Assembly (NCBI GenBank): GCA_977017575.1
Contig: CDRNVI010000144.1
Location: 62,001-126,000, forward strand
DNA length: 64,000 bases
Source: Paramoeba atlantica
Lineage: Eukaryota > Protista > Discosea
Direction of reading: 5' to 3'
The notes beneath the pieces were generated by a model. The model worked only from the letters and a program-made list of their open reading frames with translations. It was not told the origin of the DNA and searched no databases. Position numbers and translations under genes: made by a program. Below, one piece after another: positions 1 to 11,524 of the stretch; position 1 is the first letter of the stretch, and each line of letters starts with the position of its first letter.

Positions 1-18
1 AATGAAAAAAAGGAAAGG

Positions 19-55
<37 letters not shown>

Positions 56-104
56 GAAAAGAAAAAAAAAAAAAAAAGAAGAAAGAAAAAGAAAAAGAAA
101 AATA

Positions 105-539
105 GAAAAAAATACATTTGAACAAGATTTGTGAGTTGAGTGGTCCTGTGAATGGATTCTTACTGAAATACCTACAAAGAAAAAAGAAAGAAAAAAGAAA
201 GAAAAAAGAAAGAAAGAAGAGGGAAAGAAAAGAAATAAGAGAAGAGAAAAAGAAAAGGAAAGGAAAAGAAAGAAAAGGAAAAGAAAAAAGAAAAAATAAA
301 AAATAAAAAATAAAAAATAAAAAATAAAAATAAAATAAAAAAAAAACATGATTTGGACCTCTAGAAAGAGAAGAGAGAGAAGAGAGAGAAGAGAGAGAAG
401 GAGAGAAAAGAGAGAGAGGGAGAGAAAAGAGGAGATAGAGAGGAAAGGGGAGAGAGAAAGAGAGAGAAGAAAGAAAAAGTTCAAAGAAAAAGAAAAAGAA
501 AAAAGAAAAAAGAGAGAGAAAAATTAAAAGAAAAAGAAA

Positions 540-571
<32 letters not shown>

Positions 572-2400
572 AAAAGAAAAAAAAAGAAGAAAAAAAAAAA
601 AAAGAAACAAATAAAACAAGAGAAGAAAGAACTTCAATTTTGGTTGGGATTGTCCCACTAGATACACTGAGATAGTTGTCTGCCAAAAGCCTTTTTTAAC
701 AAATAATAGAAAGAGAGAAGAGAAAGAGAGAAGAGAGAAGAGAGAGAGAAAAAAAAATCAGAAGAGAAAGAGAAAGAGGAGAGGAGAGGAGAGGAGAGAG
801 AGGAGAGAGAGGAGAGAAGGAGAGAAGGAGAGAAGAAGAAAGAGAGAAGAAGAAGAAGAGAAGCAAAAAAACAGAGGTTGTATGTTGCTCACCCTCCTCT
901 CTCATTCTCTCTCCCCCCCCCCCCCAAGAACCCCCTCCCCCCTTGAACACACACACTCTCTCCAGAACCTTTTTGCTTCCTCCCTCTCCTCCCTTTCCTT
1001 CTTCCTCTCCCTCTTTCCCTCTTTCATGAGCCAACACAAAAAAAAACCATCCAGACCTGAAATAGAGGTCCATCATTCCTGTTTCAGTTTTTTTGTTTGT
1101 TTTTTTTTCGTGGGGTTTGTGGTTTTTTCTCTTTCTCTCTTCTCTTTTTCTCAAGTTATTCTTCTCTTTTCTTTCTTTTTCTTTTTTTTTCTTTTACTGT
1201 TTTTTTTCTTTTTCTTTTTCTTTTTTTCTTCTTTTTCTTTTTTTTTTTTCTTTTCTTTTTTTCTTTCTTCCTGGTTTTTCTTCACTTTATCTTTTTTTCT
1301 TTCTCTCACTCTTTCTCTTTTTTTTTCTCTCTCACTCTCTCTCTTTTTTATCTTCTTCTTTTCCTTCAAATTCCTCTTCTTTTCTCTCTCTTTTTTGTTT
1401 TTCAAAGAGAAAAGGGAAAAAAAAAGGAAAAGGATTCAAAAAAGAAAAAAAAAGGAGGAAAAAAAAAGAAAAAAGGAAAAAAATAAGGGAAAAATAAGAA
1501 TAAAAGGGAAAGAAAAAAAAAGAATAAAAGAAAAAAGGAAAAAATAAGAGATGAAAAAGGAAAAAAGAAACCCAAGAAAAAAGAAACTAAAAAAAAAGGG
1601 GGGGAAGAAGAAAGAAGGAAAAAGACCTCTTGGTTTGAACTGGCAGCACAGATCACTACAACCAAGATCACAACACACACAGGATCCCTTGAAAAGAAAG
1701 TGCCACAACCTGAGATAGGGAACAACAATATGAATTGTTTTAGAAAAAGGAGAATGAAAGAGGAAAAAAAAAGGAGGGGACAACTTTTGAGAAGAGAAAA
1801 GAGTGGGGAAAGGGGGAAAAAAAGGGAGAAACAACAAAGAGAGAAACGAAAAAAAAAAAAACCAAAGCACAGCTTATTGAGTTTACAAAGAGCATCTTCC
1901 ACGGTTTTCGATGTCCTGAAAAATTAAGGGATCTAAATCAGTGGTTCAACCGCTTTTTTTGTTTTTTTTTTTTTTTGGTGAGCAACAGAGAGGAAAGGAA
2001 TGAGAAGAGCAGCAGCACAGGTGACAGAAGAGGAAAGAGAAGAAAGAGAGAGAGGAGGAAAGGGAGGGAAGAGCAAGCAGTGCAGGTGACAGAAGAGAGA
2101 GAAGAGAGAGAAAGAAGAAAGAGAAGAAAGAGAAGAAAGAGAAGAGAGAGGAAAGGGAGGGAAGAGAAGAAAGAGAAGAAAGAGAAGAAAGAGAAGAAAG
2201 AGAAGAAAGAGAAGAAAGAGAAGAAAGAGAAGAAAGAGAGAGAGAGAGGAAAGGGAGGAAAGGGAGGAAAGGGAGGAAAGAGAAAGAGAAGAAAGAGAAG
2301 AAAGAGAGGAAGAGAGAGGAAGAAAGGAGAGAGGAAACTTTCTTTGGAGAAAGGAACTTTGTGTTTGAAAGGATCTCTTTTTCCTTTGGTTTCTTTTTTT
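105..2400 (+). repeat. Dispersed composite repeat, copy A (conserved islands in purine/pyrimidine tracts)
   Basis: Islands such as ATACATTTGAACAAGATT..GAAATACCTACAAAGA (~112-180), GAGATAGTTGTCTGCCAAAAGCC (~668), CAGAGGTTGTATGTTGCTCACCCTCC (~872) and AAATTAAGGGATCTAAATCAG (~1922) recur in the same order at 60770-63090. Boundaries approximate. Confidence 0.75.
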
Positions 2401-2833
2401 TTTTACCCTTTTTCCTTCTTTTTTTCTTTTCTGTTTCTCTCCTTTTTTTCTTTCTTTTCTGCTCTTTGATTTCTTTTTATTGCTGTTTTCCCCAAAAGTT
2501 GAATTTAGTTGGTAAACAACAATAAATTTCTTTTGAAAAGAAAATTTCTGTTTTTTAATCCTTTGTGTGGCAAGTGATTGGGTTGAGAAAAAATATGAAC
2601 AAGGCTGATGATTTTAGACAGCAGTGAGATTGAATAATACACAATGTGTTGATGTGGATCTACTAAACTTGAGTCTCAAGAAAAGTAATACTATACCCCC
2701 AGACCAACACCATTTGAATCCCTGAATCCCTTGATCCACCAAGATTACTTTCTTGACTCAAAGTTTGGTGGAAAAGGGAGGTTGGTTGAGTTGAAGTTGT
2801 GGCAGTGGCTGCTCAACATAGAAGTCTTCCTCA

Positions 2834-4676
2834 TCATTGGTTCACTGGCAACAGGATAACTGGGATGAGGCAGGCAATGCTGCTTGGGGTGGGGGGGGTT
2901 TCTTGGAAGAAGGTCTTCATACAATTACTGGGTGGTCCAGATGCAACTGGGTAGTTGAGATAAAGAAGATCCTGAATATATGCTTTAAGGAAATGTGATT
3001 CTCTTGGAGGTGATGGACCAGTGCACAACTGGAAGAGAAAACCTTCTTTCAAAAAGCAAGAAGAAGAGCGCTTTGCCTGAAAAGTTTTGTTCAATTTTTG
3101 GTCTGTGAATATCATCATTTTATAATTTTTGTGATTTTTGGCCCTTTCAAGTTCCTTCAGGGCTCTTTGTTCTCTTTGTCTCTTCGATTTCTTCCAGCAG
3201 GATTTAGTCTGGGGGAACAACCTTCTCTGCTTCCACATTTGGGTCCATGTTTGGCTCCACTCCAGAGGGTTTGGGGGGGGGTTCTTTGTGGTTGTTCCAT
3301 CCTCCTGATGAACCCCTCTTCTTTTTCTCTGACCACAACCATGACCACAACCACAAGGCAGCGCAAACAGCAAAAAAAAAACCTGAAAAATGCTCTTTCT
3401 GTGATTGGTGCTGTGGATCATATTTGTATTTTTGTTCTCTCTCAGTGTTCAACCAGCGAAGGAAGGTCTGCCAACAACTTTTTTTGCTTTTTTTTTGTAT
3501 TCTCTGGAATTTCACTTGCAATCACATCATCAATTTCTTGTGAACTCATCTCCATTTTCTTTGCAATAGAGAAAGTGGCCAAATATGGATCTGGATCGTA
3601 AGAACAAGATTGTTTCTCATTTGACATGCATTTTCAGGCTTACAATTTTTGTTTGGGGTATTCTTCTTGCCTTTGTTTCCAGTTCACCACTCAACTGATA
3701 ATATGATGTCTCCCCTTGCAGCCATTTTCTCATAGCCATCATTGTCTCTGGGGGTACTCCTTTTGGATTGGTTTGGAATGTTGTTCCATTGCTCTCCTCC
3801 AGCTCCAGGGGTCCTCACCCAAATGGCATTTGAATGTTGTTGCGAACCCTTATGAACTTTGCAGTGTTCTACCAAAAACACTGACAACTTCCATGGTCTG
3901 TCAATCCACAAAGCAAACATCTTGTTCTTCCCTGGAGTTCTGAAAGAAGCTGCGGATTCAGACCACAATCCTTCCATCAAGTGCCAAAGTCGAAGGAGAT
4001 GATTCCCACCACAAATAAAAACAAAAAGGTTCTTCTCCCCTCTTTCTCTTTCGATCAGTTTGATTCTTAATCCTTTTTGGTACTCCTCAGTATCCTGAAC
4101 TCTGATCTTTGCTAACTGAGGTTCTGTGGTGTTGAGCACTGCAGGATAAAGTTAACCTCAACAAAAAGAAATCTCTTCACTGTATCATCCCAAACCTGAA
4201 TGTTTTTCCCAAAATCTTTGAACTTTGCTTTGAACACAGACCCTTGACCAAATTTCTTGATGAAAGCATCGATGATGTCTCCATCTCGCACATCTCTTTG
4301 AGCAATCTTGTTCTTCTTGAGTTACAGGTCAAAGAAACAAGTCATGTACTTTATGAAAACTCACTCATTTTCGAAACCTCTCACCATCTTCCAACTAATT
4401 GAATTTGGGCAAGTGGATAAACAACTTCAGATCCTTCCCAAGCAGGGTCTCACATTTGGCCAAACTTTTGAGTTGAGTTTCTATTTCATGTTATAACAAA
4501 ATTTCATTACTTCTCAAGGGTTCAAAAAGTCTGCTACATTTACCAACTCTCTCAAATTTTCTCTTTGTGCCTGTGGGTATGCTCCAAACTCTTGAGGTAC
4601 CAAGGGTCGATCTGACAACATAGAACTGAGCTGATGAGACATTTGTCTCAATCATTCTGTTCAAATCCTCCTTCAT
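2834..4676 (-). pseudogene. Fragmented coding-like relic of unknown product
   Basis: Complex-sequence stretch with several adjacent minus-strand ORFs (4491-4676, 3684-4139, 3442-3627, 2834-3421) broken by stops and frameshifts. No family confidently recognised. Confidence 0.3.
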
Positions 4677-5480
4677 TGAATCTCCTCTCTCTTCTTGGAG
4701 TTGAATAAACTATTTTGAAGCTCTTCAGAGGAGGGCACCTCATCTTTCCCATTTCCACATACAGGAGAAAGACCAAGATTTGGAGAGGTTCAGCTCTCAT
4801 TGCAAGCCAATTTTGGGGATGTGAAGAGCTTGATGAGGTCGAAGATATAGTGGTTTGGGAAGTTGAAGGAGGAGAGGGCATCACCAAATATAAATGTATG
4901 AGAGAAAAGAAAGCACAAAAGCCGAAAGAGATTGCAGGGTAAAAGTTAAATGGGAAAAGAGAAAGTGAAAAGGTGAAAAAGGTGAAAGGGTTGAAGTGTG
5001 ATGCTTTCCAAGAAAGAGCCATCAAAACTTCCACTCTCAATCATTTTTTTTTTTGTTGGTGGTATCAACAGTGCAAAAGGTAAAATCAATTTCTAAAACC
5101 AATTTTACACATCCCATTTTTTCTTCATTTTTTCTTTTTTCTCACTTGGTTTTTTTAGGTGACAGTTTTTCAATATTTGAGTGAGAATTTGAATCCATAT
5201 TGTTATAGTAATATTGAAATTGATTCTGCAATTCATGGTGGAAAATACGATTCAAGTATTAAAGGTCATTTTCATCAGCTTGTGAGGGTGCATTTTTCTT
5301 TTTTTTTGTTATTTTTTGTTTTTGTTTTTGTTTTTGTTTTTGTTTTGGGATTTCGAAATTTGGGAATACAAAAACTTTTTCATCTTACCTGTGTTTCATT
5401 ATTTCTTGGTTCTTCTTTCCCTCTTTTTTCTTCAATTTTCGGGTCATTGATTGTGAAACTCATTTTCAAATAACCCTGAA

Positions 5481-5517
5481 AACAAGAGAGTGACACCAGT
5501 CCAAGGTTCAAATCCTT
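5481..5517 (+). pseudogene. Internally deleted shadow copy of tRNA-Met
   Basis: AACAAGA (acceptor 5' strand) followed 11 nt later by GTCCAAGGTTCAAATCCTT, matching the variable loop and T-arm of the tRNA at 5627 with one CG>CA change. Confidence 0.55.
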
Positions 5518-5626
5518 TTTTATAGTTTTTCTTTTTTGTTGGCTTCCCTCTTTCAGCGATTGGATGACAATCAAAATTGGTCTTCACATTGATTTGGTTG
5601 GCTCACACCATGACCTTCATGTGAAA

Positions 5627-5698
5627 AACAAGATAGTGTAGCGGTAGCACATTGGGCTCATAACCCAAAGGTCCAAGGTTCGAATCCTTGTCTTGTTA
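5627..5698 (+). tRNA. tRNA-Met(CAT)
   Basis: Cloverleaf: AACAAGA/TCTTGTT acceptor, GTGT/GCAC D-stem, TTGGG-CTCATAA-CCCAA anticodon arm, CAAGG-TTCGAAT-CCTTG T-arm, followed by a T-run. Confidence 0.9.
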
Positions 5699-6613
5699 AT
5701 GTTTTTTTTTTATTTTTTTTTTCTTGGGTTCATCTTTTTTTTTATTGTTGTTGATTCTTTTTTTCTTGTGATCAAATTTTTGGAAAATCTTTTGAATTGG
5801 TGTTGATAAACACAACATAAAATGGAAGATAAAGCAGAAACATTGATGTGTTTCATTTCTATTACTTTTTCTTTATTTAGTTTCTACATTTTCTTTATTT
5901 TCATTTCTTTCTCAATTTTCTTCTAATTTTCTTCTTAAATTTCTTGATTATTTTTTCAAATTAAATTTCTAAATTTTGAGAGTAACTTCCACAACTTGAG
6001 GCATCTTATGAAACAATTCACTTTACTGTTGATCAGGCTTGTTTTTTTTGTTGATTTTTTTTCCTTTTTATTCTTTTAAGTTCTTCTTTCTCATAATAAA
6101 AACAAGAGAATGAAAGAATCAGAACAGATGAAAGTTCACCCCCCTCCATCAATTTCTCATTTTGGAACAAAAAGAGGTTCTTCTTCCCCCCCCCTCCTCC
6201 CTTTTTTTCTCTCTTTCTTTCAACTTAAAAACTCTCAACCCACAAACAAAATAAAAAACAAAATAAAAAAAAATAAAACATTGCAACACAAACAAAGAAC
6301 CTAACAAAAACAAACCTCTTGGATGTATTTAGAACAAAAGAATAGGATCTTTGGAGAGGGTCTTTTCAAGTGAAGAGAAAGAGCGGCTTGTCAAGAGCAC
6401 AACATCTTTGTGAAGAAGGGGATGTCATTTCTTGTTTGTTTCTGTTTGTTCATTTGTTCAAACTCACATTCGGAGAGAGAAAGAGAGTTCTTTACAAACT
6501 GTAAAGGATTTCCTTATTTACATTTACAATTACAATTGAAATTGTTTCCCCCCCCCCCAAGCCCCCTCTCCCCAACAAAAATACCAGTTCTTTTTTGTCT
6601 TTTTTTCACAAAT

Positions 6614-6658
6614 TTCCTTGTGGTGTAGTCACCTTGGGTTCAATTCCTGGCAAGGGAG
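6614..6658 (+). pseudogene. Internally deleted, CpG-decayed copy of tRNA-Glu
   Basis: TTCCTTGTGGTGTAGTC joined to ACCTTGGGTTCAATTCCTGGCAAGGGAG. Matches both ends and flanks of the tRNA at 8695, but most of the D-arm and the anticodon arm are missing. Confidence 0.8.
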
Positions 6659-8694
6659 CTTTTTTTTTCTTAAATTTTATGGAACTACACCCTGCATGCA
6701 GCAGGGGGTGGAGCAGAATTAGTCTTTTTTTTTGAGGCCATTGTTTGTTCCTTTGTTTTTCTCCATGTATCTGTTTGTGTGGGATCACCAAACTCTTCAA
6801 AACTTTTTCAAGAAAAAATTTGAAACTTTTTTCAAAAACAATTTCAAAAGTAAGTTGCACTGTCATCATTTTTTTTGCTCTTTTTGGGGATGTTCTCCAA
6901 TGTTGAATGTTCCAGCCACTGCAAGTGGAGGACCTAAAGGTTAAAGGTGAGGAGGTTGATGGTGAGGGTGAGGGTGGTCCTCTTTCATTTCCAATGTACC
7001 ACCACGAGAAAGAATTTTGGTTCTCAAAGATTTGTTGTTTGGTTTCTTTCATTCACATCATCACAGCCTTTTTTACCCCTGTTTCTTTGGACGATTTTGC
7101 AAGAGCTGGATAAACAGCAAAAACTCCATCTTTTGATTCCTTTCCAACAGTTGTTCAGGAATGGCAATTTCCAGCTTCAACCCCCTCATAATTTTCCGCC
7201 TGATTCTTCTCTCTTCCAAGGTTTGTTTTTCAGCAAAAAAGTATTCCATTTCATTTTGTATATCTCTGACATGAAAGAATCAAGGGAGAGTGTTCCAAAG
7301 TTAGGTATCACCTCTTGGAGACCACTTTGGATCATGTCTTGCTACAAGAACCTCACTGGATCTCTCATAGAAGAGACACCCAACTGGGATGTTGTTTCTT
7401 TCAGTCTCTACTTGGGCGATTGAGGTTCTAAATGCCTGGCACAAATGTGTGTCAAGTTCTGTGCACTTCTTTCATGCTCTCTCTTGCAGTTTCCTTCTCT
7501 TTTCCTGTCAGATCGACTGGATCTCAGGAGAGACGGACAAAACAAAAGCAAAGCCAAACCAAAGATCAAATCGAAAATGTAGATTTATTCAAGGAAACAA
7601 ACAAGGTGAACATTTGCTCAAGAGAGAGAAATGTGAGGGCAGTGAAAAGACAGTTGAGATGTGATCGTGACAAGAATAAAAAGGAACACAAAAACAGCGT
7701 TTTTGTGGAAGGAAACAAGGACAAAATCAAATCAGGAAGGGATAAAATAAACATCAGGAAAAATAGGAAAAGGGAAAATAATACAAGGGGAAAAATACAA
7801 CAGAGAAAGGGAAAAGAGAGAGAGAAAGAGCAGTGATCAATCGGAGGAGCGGAGCGACAGGATGGCATCAAATTGAATATAGAAGACAACCGAACAGGGT
7901 TCGTAACATTTCCAATCTATCTTTTTCATCCACTTCCATTCTTTCCTTCTTATTCACACCATTCTTCTCTCTTTTTTCCTTCCCATTGTAAATTTTATTC
8001 CAGGGTTCAAAAGTTCAAGAGGTGCAACTGAAAGTTATCAATTGAAGTTGGGAAATCGTAGAATGGTTTGGAGAAGTGGAGGAGGAGAAGGAGTCCTGTT
8101 GTCAATGATGTGAGTCACAATCCACTTCAGTGAATTGATGTCAATCCAAATAAAGATGATGTACATATTTGTAATATTACACATTTAACAGAGTCTCTCC
8201 TCTTCCCAAAAAATGCTTCAAAAAATGCTTGTGTGAAGTGAAAACTTTCTTGGCAAGGAGGTGAGACAGATGTTAATCTTCCAGGCTTGGAATTTGTCTG
8301 GGTTAAATTTCAGAAACAGCATGCTCCTATGATGTATCAAGTGCAACCACTGGGCAACTATAAAGTTGGTGTGGCTTGAAGATGGATATTTTTCAGAGAA
8401 GAGGAAGTAATGTGAGATGTGGAGATGATGAGCAGATCATCATTGGACAAAACAGGGAAAGTGACTGAAGTGGAATTTTCACAGGTTCCAGTCTTTGGAT
8501 TGACTCCATTCCCCAAAATTCTTGCTTTCTTCTTGTTCACTCTGGCATGCCACCAACATCATGAAAAAAGTAATCTCTCAATTTTTTCTCAAAAGCTCAA
8601 AAATCAAAGGATATTCTGTTGTTCTCTGCAGAGAGAGAAGGACAAAAACAACCAACCACAACACAACAGTTCTTTTTTGTTTTTTTCAACTAAT

Positions 8695-8766
8695 TCCCTT
8701 GTGGTGTAGTCGGTAACACGGTCGGCTTTCACCCGGCCACCCCGGGTTTGATTCCCGGCAAGGGAG
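8695..8766 (+). tRNA. tRNA-Glu(TTC), T-loop C>T variant
   Basis: TCCCTTG/CAAGGGA acceptor, GTCGG-CTTTCAC-CCGGC anticodon arm, CCGGG-TTTGATT-CCCGG T-arm. The loop reads TTTGATT instead of TTCGATT, so it may be non-functional. Confidence 0.85.
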
Positions 8767-9012
8767 ATTTTTTTTTCAATTCCTTTTTTTTTTCTGGTCT
8801 GTTCTGTTGTTTCTTGTGTGCAGCTGTTTTCTTTGTTCCTTTTCTTTTTTTTTTTTTTGATATTCTTTCCCAAAGAATCAAGAACAATTTTTGATTCAAA
8901 GGAAGGTGAACCCCCAAAGAGTTGATTTGAAAAAAAAGATTTCTTTGAGTTTGAATATCAAAAACACAAAACTGATTCAATTTCAAAAAAAAGAAAAAAA
9001 AAGAAAAAAAAA

Positions 9013-9037
9013 TGCCGAAAACGTGGATCGAACATGT

Positions 9038-9070
<33 letters not shown>
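9013..9070 (-). pseudogene. 5'-truncated tRNA-Phe(GAA)
   Basis: Minus strand reads TTGGGAGAGCGTCAGACTGAAGATCTGAAGGTCACATGTTCGATCCACGTTTTCGGCA. The first ~15 nt (acceptor 5' strand and D-stem) are replaced by unrelated sequence. Confidence 0.8.
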
Positions 9071-10125
9071 TGGGTTTCGCGGTTTTAGCACTAGAGATGG
9101 ACAATAGTTGGGCTTTTCCAACAAAAAAATCTTCAAAAAATAAAAAAACAAAGAAAAGTTTATTTTTGAAACTTAAAAGTGAAGCCCCACTCCAGAGGAC
9201 CTCTCCATCACAGGAGCAGCAAAGCCAAGAAAATTGGTTGAATCAATCTTCTGGACAAATTGAGGGTCAGTGTAAAGCTGAACAGAAGAAGGCAATTGAT
9301 ACATCCAATGTTTCTCCTCTGATTCAAGAAGATTTTCCAGATTTTCATATTGTAAACCATCAATATCCTTAATCTCATCAGAGTAAAGAACTGGCAGAGA
9401 AAACAAAATTGTGAATGCATGTTGTTGAACTTCAAATCAAAGATCAGAAATTCCAGTGATTCGACAAAAAAGAACATAAATTAATTTGTTCTTCTTCAGA
9501 ATTCAATTGGATTCAGTTGGTCAGGGGAAGAACCCACCTTCAATGCTTCTGTTCCAGTCACTAAAGCACTTTTGGAAGAAGTTTTGGAGAATGATTGTCA
9601 CTGTTGAGGAACCTTTTCAGGGAAGGAGCTATTATCATGCTCACTCTCCACATCACACTCACTCTCCTCATCACTTTCTGAGTCATTGTTCACTTTTGGT
9701 TTTTTTTTGTTACTTTCTCATGAAGTTGGGAAAGTGTCTTGATTGTTTTTGTTGCTGATTCTGACAATTTTCTTTTTCCTATTTAAAATTAAATTAAAGA
9801 AGTGTTGAAAAAAGAAAAAAAAATCAAAGAAACCTGCTGCTTTTGCTTCAGGTACATACAAAGATAAATCAATATCTTCCTTGTCCTTCATCTTGTTTTG
9901 CATAACACAATGTTTGGCCTGGAGCAACCCAGCAGTTGTGTTGGGGAACTTTGCTTTCAGTTGTTCATGGGTGAAAGGTTTTTTGTTTTTTTACTCCTTG
10001 TGAATGAGCTTTTTCCAATCATCATTTTCACTTTTTGTCCATACTCTCCTTGGAGAACTCATTTCAAAACAAAAAAGAAATTGAAAAAAGAACCTGAAGT
10101 GGGATGTTTTTGTGAGAGGTGGTCT

Positions 10126-10185
10126 TCCACAGAATCAGCCTCCACAGAATCAACCTCCACAGAATCAACCTCCACAAAATCAACC
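10126..10185 (+). repeat. 15-bp tandem repeat x4 (TCCACAGAATCAACC)
   Basis: Four adjacent units with 1-nt variants, read directly. Confidence 0.9.
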
Positions 10186-10863
10186 AACAGCCAATTCAAA
10201 GAACCAAAAAACCAAAAAAAAGTAAAAATGTTATTTCTCTGGTGAAGGGAACAAAATTCAAGAAATTCAAAGAAAAAAGTTTGAAAATTTTAGGTATGGA
10301 CCAAAACAAAAACTCATTGAGGAATGTAACATCAGCAAAAAAGAGAGAGAAAAAAATGTCACAAACTCTTTTTTGATTCAGAAGAATTTGAAAAAATATA
10401 CTACTTTTTAAAAACTCCTCTTAATTATTAAAAATTATGAGAAAATAAACTTTTATGAAAAAGAACAAAATTCAGGTATGGACCTTTTTGAACTTTTCTT
10501 GAAGTTCAAAAATTTGAAAAAAAAAAGTTCAGTTGTTACATTTTTTCTTCTTTTTTTTTCCAATTTTGGAAAGTAGAATCAAAATTAAAATTCTAAAATT
10601 GGAAATAAAAAAAAGTTTGAACTTTTTTGAATCAAAAAGATAATTCCTTTTTTAGTTTTTTTCCAACTTTCAACTTAAAGACTTGTTGTGGTCATCCAAA
10701 GGACAGCTTTCAAACACTTTCATTTGATAGACATCTCAGAAAACTGAAAAAAACAAGATTCTTGAAAAATAAAAAAAGCATAGGATTCTTAAAACAAAAT
10801 AGAATTCATTCAAAAAAAATGCAAGCAAAATGCAGGCAAAAAGCATCACAAAAACACCAACTT

Positions 10864-11490
10864 TCAACCAGGGAGAGAAAAATCGAGGTTGGAGAATTGG
10901 TCAAAGACCTCAGGGGAAGAGAGAGGGGTGGGTCTTTCAAAGAACTTAGGAAAATCATCCTTTAAAAGAGCTTCAACCAAGACAGACTTATTATCACCCT
11001 GATGAAATTTGATGTTTTTTCCTGTCAACAAACCAAATAAAATATCTTTGGTGCAGCCCTGGTAGGTCACTTCTTTGTGTTGTACTCATTTTTGCAACAC
11101 CTCAAAGGGGGACTCCACAGGAGGGGCATGAATAACATTTAATTCATGTACTTTCAGCAGAGCAAAAGTGGATTGCAATTTCAAAATGAGGCTTTGGCTT
11201 TTCTTGTCAAGTACAAAGGGCAATTCAAATTGGTCATCCCCTTTTGAGAGAACTTGCCAATAGCAATATTTTGTCAGATCTTCTGAAAGGAAGGGAAGTT
11301 CTTCTTCAACAATCTGAGAGTCAACTTCTCTGCACAGCCAAGACATCCCCATCAATTTTCACATTCCATTAACAAAGTAGCTCTCTCCAGGTTGGGCATG
11401 TGTAAAAACATGATTCCACTGAGCATCAGCTTTCGAAATTGCAATGGCTGACTCCACAGGCATGGAGGAACATTGGTAGAGGGAATACCT
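10864..11490 (-). pseudogene. Unknown-protein pseudogene fragment cut by an L1-like poly(A)
   Basis: One frame runs from ~11490 to 10864 through ORFs 11086-11355 and 10864-11070, with two in-frame TGA codons (compatible with CGA>TGA). The 5' side ends at the poly(T) at 11494. Confidence 0.45.

Positions 11491-11493
<3 letters not shown>

Positions 11494-11524
<31 letters not shown>

Noticed and set aside
118-2469. Many K/E/R-rich and F/S/L-rich ORFs here and at 26300-28100, 32600-34100, 37390-40060 and 60000-63300
   Set aside because: They are translations of A/G or T/C low-complexity tracts that lack stop codons by composition.
9085-9105. hAT-like terminus TAGAGATGG next to the truncated tRNA-Phe
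   Set aside because: I found no matching inverted end or 8-bp duplication.
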